A stretch of 64,000 bases of DNA, from positions 15,943,045-16,007,044 of the forward strand of contig NC_092680.1 of assembly GCF_964355755.1 (NCBI RefSeq). Direction: 5' to 3'. The position numbers and the translations under genes are program-made. This document shows positions 36,718-48,706 of this stretch, piece after piece; positions within the stretch are counted from its first letter, which is position 1; each line of letters opens with the position of its first letter. The stretch comes from Antedon mediterranea. Its lineage: Eukaryota; Animalia; Echinodermata. The notes under the pieces are model-generated. The model did not search any database and was not told the DNA's origin. It saw nothing but the letters and a program-made list of their open reading frames with translations.

Positions 36718-38061
36718 CTATAGATTGATTGTTTCTTGTTTCGCAAATCGGACTCGTCTTGTATTTGTTTTAGGTGTACGAGAATTACTGTTAAAACTCG
36801 GAAATAGAAGAGCAACTAAGCTACGACTCTTTTTGGTGGAACAATCATGCGCATCTACACCAGAATAAACGTCATTAATGGAGCGTCGTGCGGGAGTAGA
36901 TCTTTGCTTGTTTCGTCTACAAACCATTAAGTACACAATAGTTATTGCAATAATAACAAATAGGGCAGTTATAACTAATGCAATTTTTAGTCCTACTTGC
37001 GTAATCTTTGTATCATCCTCATCTATTTTAGATGTAGTTTTCGGTGACGGAACATCATTACTTTGAATCTCATTTGGTGACGGAGATACGTATAATATTG
37101 AGTCTCTTGATCCACGGCGACGACTTGCATCCGTCATAACTTCACATGTGAAGCGAGACCTGTCGTCGGTTGCTTTAATATTTATAATTTTTAAAGACCT
37201 ATGTCCATTTTGTGGTTGTGCTCGTTGGCTTATTATGAGGTCGGTATTAAGTATGGACCAACTGTATCTAGGTTTTTCGTACAATGAAAGACCGTGCGCA
37301 TTACAAGTAAACAGCGCTTCGGTGCCAACTGCGGTTGAGATTACGGCTGGTGTAATCGTAACAGTCAAAGGCCTACTTTGTGAAATTAAACTGTTAGGTA
37401 TTGTAATGTAACACATTTGGTGTTTCCGAGTTAGTAGGTTAGTAACCTTACACGTATACGTAACTCCAAAATCATCGTTGGTTAGGATAACTCTATGGGA
37501 CAGTGATGACAATTCGACCTGATTTAATAAAGTTTTACCAGACCGGCTCCACGTCAGTTCTGTGATTGGTGACGCTACCAAACCTGAATCGCAATTCAAA
37601 TCCAATGAAGCATGTAGTCTAATCCCTTCTAGTGATTGTTTAGTATAGCAATGTGGATAGTAATTGGCATTCGTTTCTTCCATTACCTCCAGCTTGGCTG
37701 ATTGCAAGTCAACGATTGTTTTGTTACTGATATAGCCACATGTATACATTCCGGTATCAGTCAAATGAACGCTCTTTATGACAAGATCAAAACTCCTTTC
37801 ATGTGAAGGTTTTATCGAATAGCGACGACCAACTTTGCGATCCAAAAGTGAGTTAATATGTCCGTCATAACTTAGAATAGTTACCAATTCAAACAGCCAT
37901 ACTACGGTTTCGTCGGAAACCTTCTCGGCGATTTCACATCCTAATCGAACTTGTTCGAACGGTGAAACTACCACATTAACTGGATCCAACTTTATGTCTA
38001 CACCACGACATATGAAGAAAATATTGAAAAGGCATATGAAAACAATTTTGGAAATATACAT
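36718..38061 (-). CDS. Intronless IgSF receptor D, closest paralogue of C, short tail without the ITIM pair
   Basis: First ATG at 38061 (MYISK). Shares TILSYD..IN.LLD.K.G.RYS, D.GMYTCGYI.N.T...LQSAKL and PRYSWSI with C. TM IALVITALFVIIAITIVYLMVC. Ends RRVRFAKQETINL*. Confidence 0.9.
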   Translation of the reverse strand: MYISKIVFICLFNIFFICRGVDIKLDPVNVVVSPFEQVRLGCEIAEKVSDETVVWLFELVTILSYDGHINSLLDRKVGRRYSIKPSHERSFDLVIKSVHLTDTGMYTCGYISNKTIVDLQSAKLEVMEETNANYYPHCYTKQSLEGIRLHASLDLNCDSGLVASPITELTWSRSGKTLLNQVELSSLSHRVILTNDDFGVTYTCKVTNLLTRKHQMCYITIPNSLISQSRPLTVTITPAVISTAVGTEALFTCNAHGLSLYEKPRYSWSILNTDLIISQRAQPQNGHRSLKIINIKATDDRSRFTCEVMTDASRRRGSRDSILYVSPSPNEIQSNDVPSPKTTSKIDEDDTKITQVGLKIALVITALFVIIAITIVYLMVCRRNKQRSTPARRSINDVYSGVDAHDCSTKKSRSLVALLFPSFNSNSRTPKTNTRRVRFAKQETINL

Positions 38062-39096
38062 TGCTTCAAGTATCAGACGTATAAACGGTAGTGTGTCACA
38101 ATGAAGACGGTAATATCTCTGTATAATAGACAATAAACCCACTGCTTACACTATATTAGAATAACAAGGCAATCAACCGAGTAAAACGATATATTGAAAA
38201 TCAGCACTGTGACAATGTATTTTTAATATTATTATACAAATCTTAGATATGCTACTATTTTATCGTGGATTGGCCATATTTACCCTTTTTACTCTCAGAC
38301 ACAGAATAATGCAAAAACAAAAGCCTCATTTATGAAACACATGGCTGTAGCTTGGTCATTTGATTGTTATTTTCATATAACGTGCAGTTCACTATTAGTT
38401 ATACTAAACAGTAAACATGATATTTACTGTTTGGTATTAATACTACTTGCACATTAAGGTTTTTAGTCTCTACAGCTCACTATGTCGGTCGGTCGGTCGG
38501 TTGGTCGGTAAACACTAATTTGAACACGCGACTGCAGCCATCTACAACAATTGAGATTGTGGTGCAACGGACAGTTGGTGACTGTTCAAAACTTATATAT
38601 AGAAAAACATACCTACAAGTGTGTCTGATGTATACGAACTGTTCTTTATAAATAGGCCTGCAATGATATCGTTTTCTTCATCTCTCGCCAAGAATCGAAA
38701 AAGATAGGAATTTTATTGAATTACAACACAATTTTCCAACTAAATAGGAGAAATTCTCGAGAATCTAGAGTGAATTTTGTATTTGTGTTTTGTATAAAGG
38801 ACACATCCCTAACCATATGATATGAATGCTCATATTATATATTTTCAAAAACAGGACTCGTTAAATCAATCTATATGTAATTTATTAATTCGGTTATGCA
38901 AATAAATGATAGACGAAAAAAGAAAAGTAATGGAGCACTGAATGAAAATAATGTTTCATGATTAATGTTGTAGAATAACATGTGGGCCATGTGTTCAAAT
39001 CATTCACTGCAGTTTCCTGTTTAATTTCCTACAATCATGTTCAACTTGCAAAACATTTAAACATCTACAAAATCTAAAAGTCATATTGGTCAGCAT

Positions 39097-39345
39097 ACAT
39101 TCGATATCACAAGGTTATATTCTCCAACGTCACGGTTACCTTCTATTGAAAGACGATTATCATTCACAGAAGCCAACATCCTACCATCAGAACTCAAGAA
39201 CATATTCGATGTTACAATGTTGCCAAAACAAAGAGTCTCCATGGGTCTTATTTTCAACTGCACATTCTAAAACTACAGTTTCTCCTTGGAAAACCTTAGC
39301 AGAATCTGGTCCATACCTGAAACTTATACATAAGGCTAGGCTAGC
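39097..39345 (-). pseudogene. Duplicated V-domain fragment of receptor E
   Basis: Matches 41330-41577 with about 10 substitutions and one 1-bp insertion (manual count). No start codon. Flanked by identical CATATTGGTCAGCATAC copies (39082-39098, 39345-39361). Confidence 0.92.
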
Positions 39346-40098
39346 ATATTGGTCAGCATACTCCCGGAGAAAATATAATATAAATAATATTTAAAGAAAA
39401 ACACCATAAAAAAGAAAATTAAGTGACGTGAAACTATTAATTTTACTTTAAAGAAATAATGTTTAATTAGTTACACCAGTACAAGTTTGATTGAATTGGA
39501 TTGAAAACGGTAGTAACCCGTGTTTTTATCTGTGAAATAAAATAACGGTGATATAAAATAACGGTGATAAACTAAACATGATTTATAAGGTATTAAATAT
39601 AACCAAAAATACATACATTTCATTGTATTGTATTTTATTATTTAAATATATTATAGTGTATAGGTCAAATGTTCGGAAATGTCCGAGTGGTTAAGGTAGT
39701 GGCCCCGTCTAAAGAGGCAACATACACAGTTTGTACGCGTTATGTGCACTTTAAATGAAACAGCTCATCAATCTAGACGAGTAGGGGTAAGGGGGGGGGG
39801 GGTGGTTACACCAGTGAACTGGCTCACTAAAAACCCCAGTATTTAGGGAGATTACCACTTATCTTATAGGACAGATGATCACTTACTATTATATAATATA
39901 AATCATTTGCCACATGCGCCTAAAGACATAAAAAACATATAAACAAATCAAATTAAAATCATATATTATAAAGAAAGAGATATTTCTAAATCGTAATTCC
40001 AAACATTCATTAAAAATTCTGAAATAAATAATTTGAATAATGATTTTGGATTAGTGAATATCAATTATCTGTAAATCTCAATAGTATGGTAAATGTTT

Positions 40099-41607
40099 TC
40101 AATTACTTGATTCTTTGATTCCTCCGTTATTTATAACATACAATGGGTTATTATGCATAGCAAGTTGGTCTTTATTTGCATCTTCTTCCTGTGTGTTGGC
40201 AGAATTCTCAATTTTACTGTCCTTCAGATGTTCCAAACGCCAACATCTGATAAGAAATATCACAAAAGTAATGACAACGAAGAAGCACACACCTGCAACT
40301 ACCAAGATGACTGCTACAGACAAATTATCGTCTGCAGACTGTGAATCATTGATTGGTGGAGGCACGGCATCATCATCGTCGTCGTCTTTAGGCGGAGTCA
40401 TTCTTACTGTCGTCTGTAGTTGTACAAGAGGCTTACTTGTGTCCGCTGGTATATCTGTTGATACTACTGAAGATGTACTATCTCTGGATGAAGTATTTAC
40501 CATCGGCGTTGGCTCATCATGAACATAAAGATGTGTTGCAAATGTCGAATTGTACTTTTTTGACGTGTCATCAAGCAATGTCGATGCGAGTGTTACTAAC
40601 GTTGATTTCTCTAATTCCGAAATTGATTCTGTTTGAAGTATGATGGTTGATAATACTGTTGTTTCTATTCCGTCTAGTGATAACACTATGCTGGCTTGAC
40701 CTTCTACGCCAGTTGTCGTTATACCAACGCATGTTACATTTTTACCATTATCGATTCCTTTCGACAGAGGAATAATAAAGACCTCCCCGCTTACAACATA
40801 GTCTTTAGAACCAGAACCAATTATATGTCTACCATCAACGAACCAACGTGTTTCTTTATACGACGGTAAAGCATTCTCTACATTACACATCAACGTGATT
40901 GGTTCTCCAACAGTATAGGTTACATTATCTGGAGATATCATCACTGTCGGTTCAATAGTCATTGGTGTTATAGAGCAGAATCTGGTATGAACCAAAGCTT
41001 CACCAGATGCCTCACAAACATAATCTATTCCATTGTCTTCTGGTAATAGCTTTAATATAATAAAAGCTGCGTTTATATCTTTTATAATTATAGAACCGTT
41101 GTTTTTCCAGGCTAGATCAGTCGGGGGACTTCCTCCAATAGATATGCAAACTAGACTGACTGTGTCACCGGGTTTAGGATCTACACTCTCCTTGTTAATG
41201 CTACATCTTGGATAGAAATCGTGTGGTGGGATTAACAATGTTAAATTGGCGTCCCGGAATACAAACACACTCCCTCCGTTGTCTGTCATTTGGAATCCAC
41301 AACGATAAAGTCCTCCATCAGGAGCATCAACATTCGATATCACAAGGTTATATTCTCCAACGTCACGGTTACCTTCTATTGAAAGACGATTATCATTCAC
41401 AGAATCCAAAATCCTACCATCTGAACTCAAGAACATATTCGATGTTACATGTTGCCAAAACACAAAGTCTCCAGGGGTCTTATTTTCAACTGCACACTCT
41501 AAAACTACAGTTTCTCCTTGGAAAACCTTAGCAGAGTCTGGTCCATACCTGAAATTTATACATACGGCTAGGCTAGCCTGACATAACACTAACCAAACAA
41601 TCTCCAT
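40099..41607 (-). CDS. Intronless IgSF receptor E (V-C2-Ig, Ser/Thr-rich stalk, TM, short NPxY tail)
   Basis: Signal MEIVWLVLCQASLAVC. V domain LEC..VFW..YNLVI..DGGLYRC; D2 CISIGGSPPTDLAW..DNGIDYVC. ~110-aa S/T-rich stalk. TM VAVILVVAGVCFFVVITFVIFLI. Tail has NNPLY. Confidence 0.92.
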   Translation of the reverse strand: MEIVWLVLCQASLAVCINFRYGPDSAKVFQGETVVLECAVENKTPGDFVFWQHVTSNMFLSSDGRILDSVNDNRLSIEGNRDVGEYNLVISNVDAPDGGLYRCGFQMTDNGGSVFVFRDANLTLLIPPHDFYPRCSINKESVDPKPGDTVSLVCISIGGSPPTDLAWKNNGSIIIKDINAAFIILKLLPEDNGIDYVCEASGEALVHTRFCSITPMTIEPTVMISPDNVTYTVGEPITLMCNVENALPSYKETRWFVDGRHIIGSGSKDYVVSGEVFIIPLSKGIDNGKNVTCVGITTTGVEGQASIVLSLDGIETTVLSTIILQTESISELEKSTLVTLASTLLDDTSKKYNSTFATHLYVHDEPTPMVNTSSRDSTSSVVSTDIPADTSKPLVQLQTTVRMTPPKDDDDDDAVPPPINDSQSADDNLSVAVILVVAGVCFFVVITFVIFLIRCWRLEHLKDSKIENSANTQEEDANKDQLAMHNNPLYVINNGGIKESSN

Positions 41608-42399
41608 ACTACCAAATAATTATAACCGTTATTATGAATGTTTAGTTTATACAAATGAATTTAAGTATCATCTTATTGATAATTCACGAAAGCTTAGCCA
41701 TGACAACAAGGTACTTAAGTACTAAATATGTAGACCAACACAAAAGATATCATATCAGATATGCTAATTAATCCGAAGAAAGTTAATTTATTGTTGCTGA
41801 GGATTTTCCAAAATTCAAAACACAAAGATAATAGTTAACTAAGATTTTATTTCCAATGTATTGCACAGCAGTCATTTACAATGCTCTATTCATTAAAGGT
41901 GACTGACTTGACTAAAGGCTTAATAATAATTATTTCAATCTAATACGTTGCTATGTTTTTTAAAGTATGAATTTATTTAAATCTTCATAATAATTCATAA
42001 TATTTTAGTCAAAGCTGTCGATTATTAGTTCTGAAACAGACTGTTTAAATAAAAAATGGAATGTCGCCCTCCATACTTGAAAAACTGTTTTCGGAATTTC
42101 TAGACCAACAGTAGTTCCGGAATAGTAATACGGTACAACATTTGTATTTACTTACTATATACATATTGTTTTTATTGAAAAAGTAGTATTACAATTAAGG
42201 AGCTTATTCACAGTAGACAAATTAAAAGAAATAAATGGGCTTCTTATACGCTGTATTCTCGTGTTAAAATCACGTTAAGCTTTCCTAATATGATCTTAAA
42301 TCTGTTTCAGATTGACAATAATCGATCATTTACGAGGCAACTTTATAATTCACATATTATTTAGTTTTAACTTTTAATAAACTATAGTATATCTAAGGG

Positions 42400-42685
42400 A
42401 ATAGACATAGCCTTTAGATTGCTGGTTTATTAGGATTGTGGGTTCGAATCCAAGGCTTGCCGCATTGCTTTGTATCATTGACAAGATACTTTACTCACCT
42501 TTTCCTTTCTCCACCCAGGTGTACAAAGAGGCAGGGTCAAGACACAACTTTGCGCTGATTACTAACTGCATATGGGAGTATGTTTCCACAGTTTTTTTTA
42601 TACAAATGACCGGGGTAATAACGTGTACATAGCACATACAGTTTTTACAACATTGAGCGCTTTATAAATCTAGGATTATTACTAT
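42400..42685 (+). mobile_element. Degenerate tRNA-derived SINE
   Basis: B-box GGTTCGAATCC, conserved SINE core CTCCACCCAGGTGTA, L2-type tail GCGCTTTATAAAT..TTATTA. Confidence 0.6.
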
Positions 42686-45067
42686 TGACAATGTATAGAA
42701 GGGGTTATTATAATATTTAAATTGATTTAGAAATGGCTTTCTTACCGTAGTCTAGTCTTTAATTTTGACGTGACCTCCAGTTGCGTGGTTAACAGGATAT
42801 GCGTTGTTCGTTGAGTTTTCAATGGACATGCATTTGCAGATAGATGTCGTTTCCATGTATAATAAATAGAACCGTACAGATACTATATAATAATATATCT
42901 GCGATGCAACTAATGTTAATTGTTTTAATATTGTTATCGGTAGGTAATATTGTTATCGGTAGGTAACATGTTTTGAGGCTCCATGAATTTAATTTTTCCA
43001 AATATTTTTTATTTATATTGTGGCGGTAATACCATGTGTGTGATTGCAACCCGTGTAATTACAATCAGTTGATTTAGTTGGCCAGAATTTGAAACACATA
43101 AATGAATCCTCATGAGTATGAATTAATCTTCCATCCTAATCTTCAGACAATTAATAATAGTAGTATAATGACTTCCTGTATTACTTTGCACTGGCTTGTT
43201 AGGCTGCATTAGATATAAGTACACTGGTATTATCCTGCACTGGCAAGCTAATCGCTGAGTATACTGTCCTGTCGGGGCCTACTTCATTTACACTGTGCAG
43301 TACAGGTAACTGTGCTGTATTAATGTACTGTATTCACTGTATTCAAATGCATTCATTGGTAATTAAAAATGGTGCCTTCACCTCTACTAATGTACTGCAA
43401 TTAAACAGAACAAAGGACAAACTACCTATAACAAAAGACTCTCCTAACCAACCAAGTGGTTAAAAGTATATGCAAATTAGGGAAAGCAATGAGTAAACTT
43501 AAGCAAGTGGACAAAACCTATTCAAGCATTAAATCATAATAATAGCTACTGCCTAATACACTGCAGTTGCAATGAGATTACTATGCAAAATGATTATAAT
43601 AATCCTATATATTGACAGTATTCGTAATCCTCTATATTGACAGTATTCGATGTAGTAAGTAGTCATTCTTGTTACCCCAGTCTCTATATAGTTTCTGAAA
43701 TCTCTTTTTGATGCCCTTATTCAAATAGTTGAATTCCACCATAACATGCATGTTATAGAATCTAAAAAACATTGGCTTTTAGTGGACTTGATGCAATCTT
43801 CCCGCATTATATTGCATACGAATCGTACGCAGCAATCGAAGGCAAATACCAGAAGATTAAAATGATTAAATTGGGTTATGTAAAGACAAAATTAAGAATT
43901 CATGAACATTCCCTGTATGTCTGGTCTGATACGTCACCCGGAGCTACAGATTTGAGGGAGAGAGAGAATAATTTTCTATCATTGGTCAGTCAATGTTAAA
44001 TTTTCGCCGAAATTGTGTTTCTATATTTGTTTGTATGTCCCAATTTTAAAAGGTAATTTTTCGAGTGTGACGTCACTTTACAGCTACGGTATCCGTTATT
44101 AATTACGTCATTGTTTGCCGGTTACATTACCCATCGCTGGCGTACGAAGCATTAACGAGAATGAAGCAACATAATAGGCGCGTACAACTAGCATAACACG
44201 CCGCGGAATTGTTAAACGTTTCTAATTTAGTACGAATACTACTTTCAATTACAACGTAACTTCTCTAACTTATTGTATCTCGCATAAAATTCAATCTCCT
44301 CACCACATACTATATAAAACATGTTAGCATTCTAGCAATATCGTAGCAATGCTATAGTACAACCTAACTTGTTCATCATGTGATCTCAAATAATAAACAT
44401 GCCAATTCTGATTTCCAAATAAATCGTACACTATTATGTATTTATTATTTCACCATTAGTAATTATCGCTTACAGTTCTCACGAAGAACTAACGCATATA
44501 GGTCCCAATGTTTTGTGACCAAGTTCTATATTTTTTTGTATTTCGCTTAATCTCATGTGTACATTTCAATGGATTGGTCTACAAAAATCGTTTATTACAC
44601 AATGTAGGCATACCGGTATACGTACATTATTACCGCCGCTCTTATATAATGTAGTATTCATTTTGAGAAATAACAGAGTAGGCATAGTCATTTTTACACA
44701 ATGAATATAAAAATAGATAATTAACTTTATTTCAAGGTACAAGTCTACTGTCTGTATTGCAGTTAGCAAATTATTGTTTTCTCCAAGTTTTCAGGCAAAA
44801 CAAAATTAATAATACATAGAGGGTGCTATTGACATGTGACGTAAACATGTACACACCCATAGTTGATGATTTTCTGCATGTTCACGTCACAGCAGTCGTT
44901 CAAACCGGTATCGAAATATATTTGCCATTTTTTAAGTTTTAGTTATCTATTCGTATGGAAGCTATCCTTTCCATCCTTAAATCAAAACTGATCATGTTTG
45001 TATCACATTAATTATTCTTTATAAGGTTTCGGCCTTACACGTTGAGCAATGTCACCAGTCCTGAACT

Positions 45068-45449
45068 ATAGAGTATCACGGTGTGACGTCACAACGTTAG
45101 AGGGCGCTGCATGGTTGCTAGCCAGCCAAAAGTGCGTTCAACGCTACTATGTTGATAAATCGTAAAGAAATGTATTTCTATCAAATTATGTATCTTAGCT
45201 TGTTTTTTTTTTAATTTAAACTGTAGTTGAAAAATAAATAGATTATTAAAAACAAATATTTAGTGATCTTTTGAGATTTTAGTTTGTTTTTATTGAAAAT
45301 TATTAAGTTTTAAAATGACTACTTCAATAAGCCTATTCCAAACCATTGGTAACCTTGGAGTCACTCTGGCAGGTTGAACGCATTTTTGGTTGCGCTAGCA
45401 ACCACGCAGCTCTACCTACCGTCGTGACGTCAGCACCGTGATACTCTAT
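45068..45449. mobile_element. MITE with ~75-bp imperfect TIRs, ~160 bp 3' of the receptor F stop
   Basis: ATAGAGTATCACGGTG.TGACGTCAC.ACG / CGTCGTGACGTCAGCACCGTGATACTCTAT. Confidence 0.85.
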
Positions 45450-45608
45450 AGTAAAATTGTATCAAAATATAAAAGTTAATAACACCAAGGAATTATTGTG
45501 TCACGTTAACTTATATATGTTGAAGTGATGCGCCTAATCTATCAAAGTTCCCATCAGTTAAATGTTTTTTGGGAGTGTACTCCTTAATAAAACTAAATGT
45601 ACAAAATG

Positions 45609-47174
45609 TTATGGAATAACGACATCGACTTGAATAATGTGTTCAGTATTGTCTATAACACGTGGTGTGTTAGACTCTGTTATTTCTATGGGAAAGTCAG
45701 CAAATAAAATATCCTTTGATTGTAAGTTAAAAGTTGTGTTTGTTTCAATTTGGTCATTGACGTCATCAATATCGACAAGTTTGATTACCGTATCTGGAAC
45801 TTCCTCTTCGTCAAAAAATCCACTGTTATCTTCATCGATGTCTACCGGAAGAGCGGCAGCCTGTTTTCTAGCCATTGCTCTCATCTTTCGAATACGAGAA
45901 AAATTAGATGGTGATTGTTTTGGAGACAAGTTTGGAAGAATAAAAGTTACCCTTTTCTTTACTCCAGTAGCATTATAAGTCTGCGTGTCCGCTGTTCGCT
46001 TTATTATACTTTTCGTTTGTTTTCCATCATATACATCACGATGTTGGACTCGTTTTACAAAAGTGAAAAGAAAAACCAAGGCTAGTAAAAATACCGTAAT
46101 AGATAGAATCACTGGTAAGACTACATTATTTCCACTGGAAGAGGAATTTGGTACCTGTTTATCTACGACATCATAATCCTGTGTCGGAGATACTGATGGT
46201 CGAACTTCTGAGAGTTTGATTGTAACCGAGCCGTTAGCCTGTAGACCCGAAAGTGTTTTTACATGACACGAGATCAAAGTGTTGTTGTCTGATGGCATAA
46301 TACTTGGTATGACTATTCGTTCACCTTGCATTAATATTGCGAGCCTGTTCTTTGATTCTGTCATAACCCTTTCGGTATTCCAATACCAATGTATAGATTT
46401 GATTGTCCCTATAACATCAATTTTACAATGAAGTGTTAGCTCTTCATATAATCGAGGGTTAGGATCCGACATGTGTATTTCGACTGTTGGTAGAATAACC
46501 ATTGGAAGGACATAGCATGAACGTGGTTCAAGAAGTGCCAATCCGGTTGCTGAACATATGAATTCTACACCGTTATCATCCGTTGTTAAGGTGTGAGTTA
46601 CGGTAGAAATAGTGTTCATTGGATCTACTATCATCGTGTTATTTTTCCACCAAGAAAGCATAACTGGAGGTGTTCCACCAAAAGACACACAACCAAGTGA
46701 AATCGTATCCCCTGGTTTAAGGTATTCTATCGTTTGTGTTGACAAGCTGCATTGAGGGTAGAATGATGAAGGTGGACTCAATAACGAAATCCTGGCTTCT
46801 TGGAAAACAAATTCGCTTCGCGTATCATTTATAAAATAAAATCCACATTGGTAAGTTCCTGCTTCCTCTGTGTTTACGGCAGGTATCACCAAGTCAAACT
46901 CACCATCGCTGTGGTCGCCCGCAATGATGTACCTTCCAGCTCGAATATTGGGATAAATATTGCTATCGTAACTGATATACGTGTTGTGTTCAACAAGATG
47001 CCAGAATACAAAATTACCTTTCAGTTTATCATCCACTGCGCACCTAAGCGTAACTTGTTCGCCGTTGTGAACCTGGCTTGAGTCTGGACCCTGACGAAAT
47101 TTAATGGCGTATACAAATCCACCTTGGAACAGTAAAAATACACATAACCGTTTAAAATGAGCACCCCAGCACAT
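45609..47174 (-). CDS. Intronless IgSF receptor F (V-C2-Ig-TM, basic then acidic tail with RVxF)
   Basis: First ATG at 47174 (MCWGAH). Shares F-R-x-GPDS, FVFW, KPGDT and GGxPP with E. TM VVLPVILSITVFLLALVFLFTFV. Tail has KKRVTF. Confidence 0.9.
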   Translation of the reverse strand: MCWGAHFKRLCVFLLFQGGFVYAIKFRQGPDSSQVHNGEQVTLRCAVDDKLKGNFVFWHLVEHNTYISYDSNIYPNIRAGRYIIAGDHSDGEFDLVIPAVNTEEAGTYQCGFYFINDTRSEFVFQEARISLLSPPSSFYPQCSLSTQTIEYLKPGDTISLGCVSFGGTPPVMLSWWKNNTMIVDPMNTISTVTHTLTTDDNGVEFICSATGLALLEPRSCYVLPMVILPTVEIHMSDPNPRLYEELTLHCKIDVIGTIKSIHWYWNTERVMTESKNRLAILMQGERIVIPSIMPSDNNTLISCHVKTLSGLQANGSVTIKLSEVRPSVSPTQDYDVVDKQVPNSSSSGNNVVLPVILSITVFLLALVFLFTFVKRVQHRDVYDGKQTKSIIKRTADTQTYNATGVKKRVTFILPNLSPKQSPSNFSRIRKMRAMARKQAAALPVDIDEDNSGFFDEEEVPDTVIKLVDIDDVNDQIETNTTFNLQSKDILFADFPIEITESNTPRVIDNTEHIIQVDVVIP

Positions 47175-48329
47175 TATTGCAATTACTGCAGCCGGGATTT
47201 GTCTTCTGCTGCCCGAGTAGTGTTCTACTTTCGGTTGTTGTCTCAATTGTTAAATGATAGATATTTTGATCTGCTATATTTTACTGATACATCCACAAAT
47301 CCGTTTCAGAATTTCGAAAGAATTTGATGTACCGCCTTGTAATCTCTAGATTAGAGTGAATTTATCCATAAGTATGCTTAAGTGACCGTTTACTTGGCGG
47401 AACAAAATGTAAAGTTTATCTAATCCTCTTGTTTACAATTGTAAAAAACTTCTTTAGAATTTTACATTCCAGAAATTCTTTCATTGTCAAATAATTCCCG
47501 GTTATAAACAATAATATTCTTTCGAAGATTATTATGTTTCTATAATTTTTCTGATCTAGATGTGACTTCAGATCGGCTTGTAGCTATCCATAACAGGCCT
47601 AGATTAGTTGTATAATATCCGTAACTGCCAACAATCGACTAGCTCAGACACCAAGAAAAATAATAATTCGGTAGACAGTATTTAAAGTGTAACGAATGAT
47701 GGCATTGATATATTCTATGATAATATTAATATAAAGAATCTATCATTATTATTATATTATTTTCGTAATAATGGCAAGATATTCATTTTAGAAACTGTTT
47801 TAAGATATCATATCGTACATAAAAAAAACCGTTTCTGTCGTTGCTTTTTACTATTGTTGGCTGGGTTAGCAAACGAATTTCTACAATCTATACAATTTTA
47901 CTATCGCCTTTTAATTTTTTTTTTTTTTAATTTGTCTATATAGGCCTACTAAGTTTTTTTAGCTTTACTACAGTATTTTATTAGTTTTTACATGTTTATA
48001 TTCAGTAATAAATAATGAGGAAAATCCATAAACCAAAGTATATGTAGAACAGAACCTCTAACCTAGTCTTTTGTTTCTAATCCATTATACTTGGAAAAAC
48101 AAGAAAATAAGTAGTCCTACTCGTCTGAAGTGTCTACCTGGATATGACAAAGGTATAGAAATAGAACGTTGCCATTGTATGCAAACACTTCAAAATAGTT
48201 CGGACTAAGGTCAAATAAATAGTCGGCGTGTCAAAAACGAAAATAAAAACAATGATTGGAATATTAAAAATGCATTTTAGCGTCATTCTTGACCGGATTT
48301 TGCTTATTTTCTTTTTGTGGCCCACTTAA

Positions 48330-48706
48330 GGCCTATTTACATCAGGGCGATAACGATCGACGATAAATAGATCAATATGCATTTTTTTCACATCTGAAAC
48401 AAAAGACATTAAAACAGTTTTCATCCTAGTACTATTATAGGATAGCCATCTAATGTATGCTGCCTTTGATGAAAATTATATTTTCACAAGTTTATTCAGA
48501 GCCATAATATCGTGACAATACAACGATGTTATTATTTTTAATTTATCATGACGTCATTTGATTGGAAAAATCGTTTTCATCAAAGACAGCATAAATGATT
48601 AGCCTACAGTTCTAAAACAAAACCCTAATTTATTTTTTTTTTATGCAAGAAAAGTGTATGTTTATCTACTTATCGTCGATCGTTGTCGTTCTAGTGTAAA
48701 TGGGCC
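48330..48706. mobile_element. MITE flanked by TTAA (Harbinger- or Kolobok-like)
   Basis: GGCCTATTTACA..GATAACGATCGACGATAAATAGAT / ATCTACTTATCGTCGATCGTTGTC..TGTAAATGGGCC. Confidence 0.8.

Noticed and set aside
39086-39394. 102-aa + strand ORF similar to 41208-41531
   Set aside because: It is the antisense reading of the duplicated V fragment; the similarity comes from the DNA duplication.
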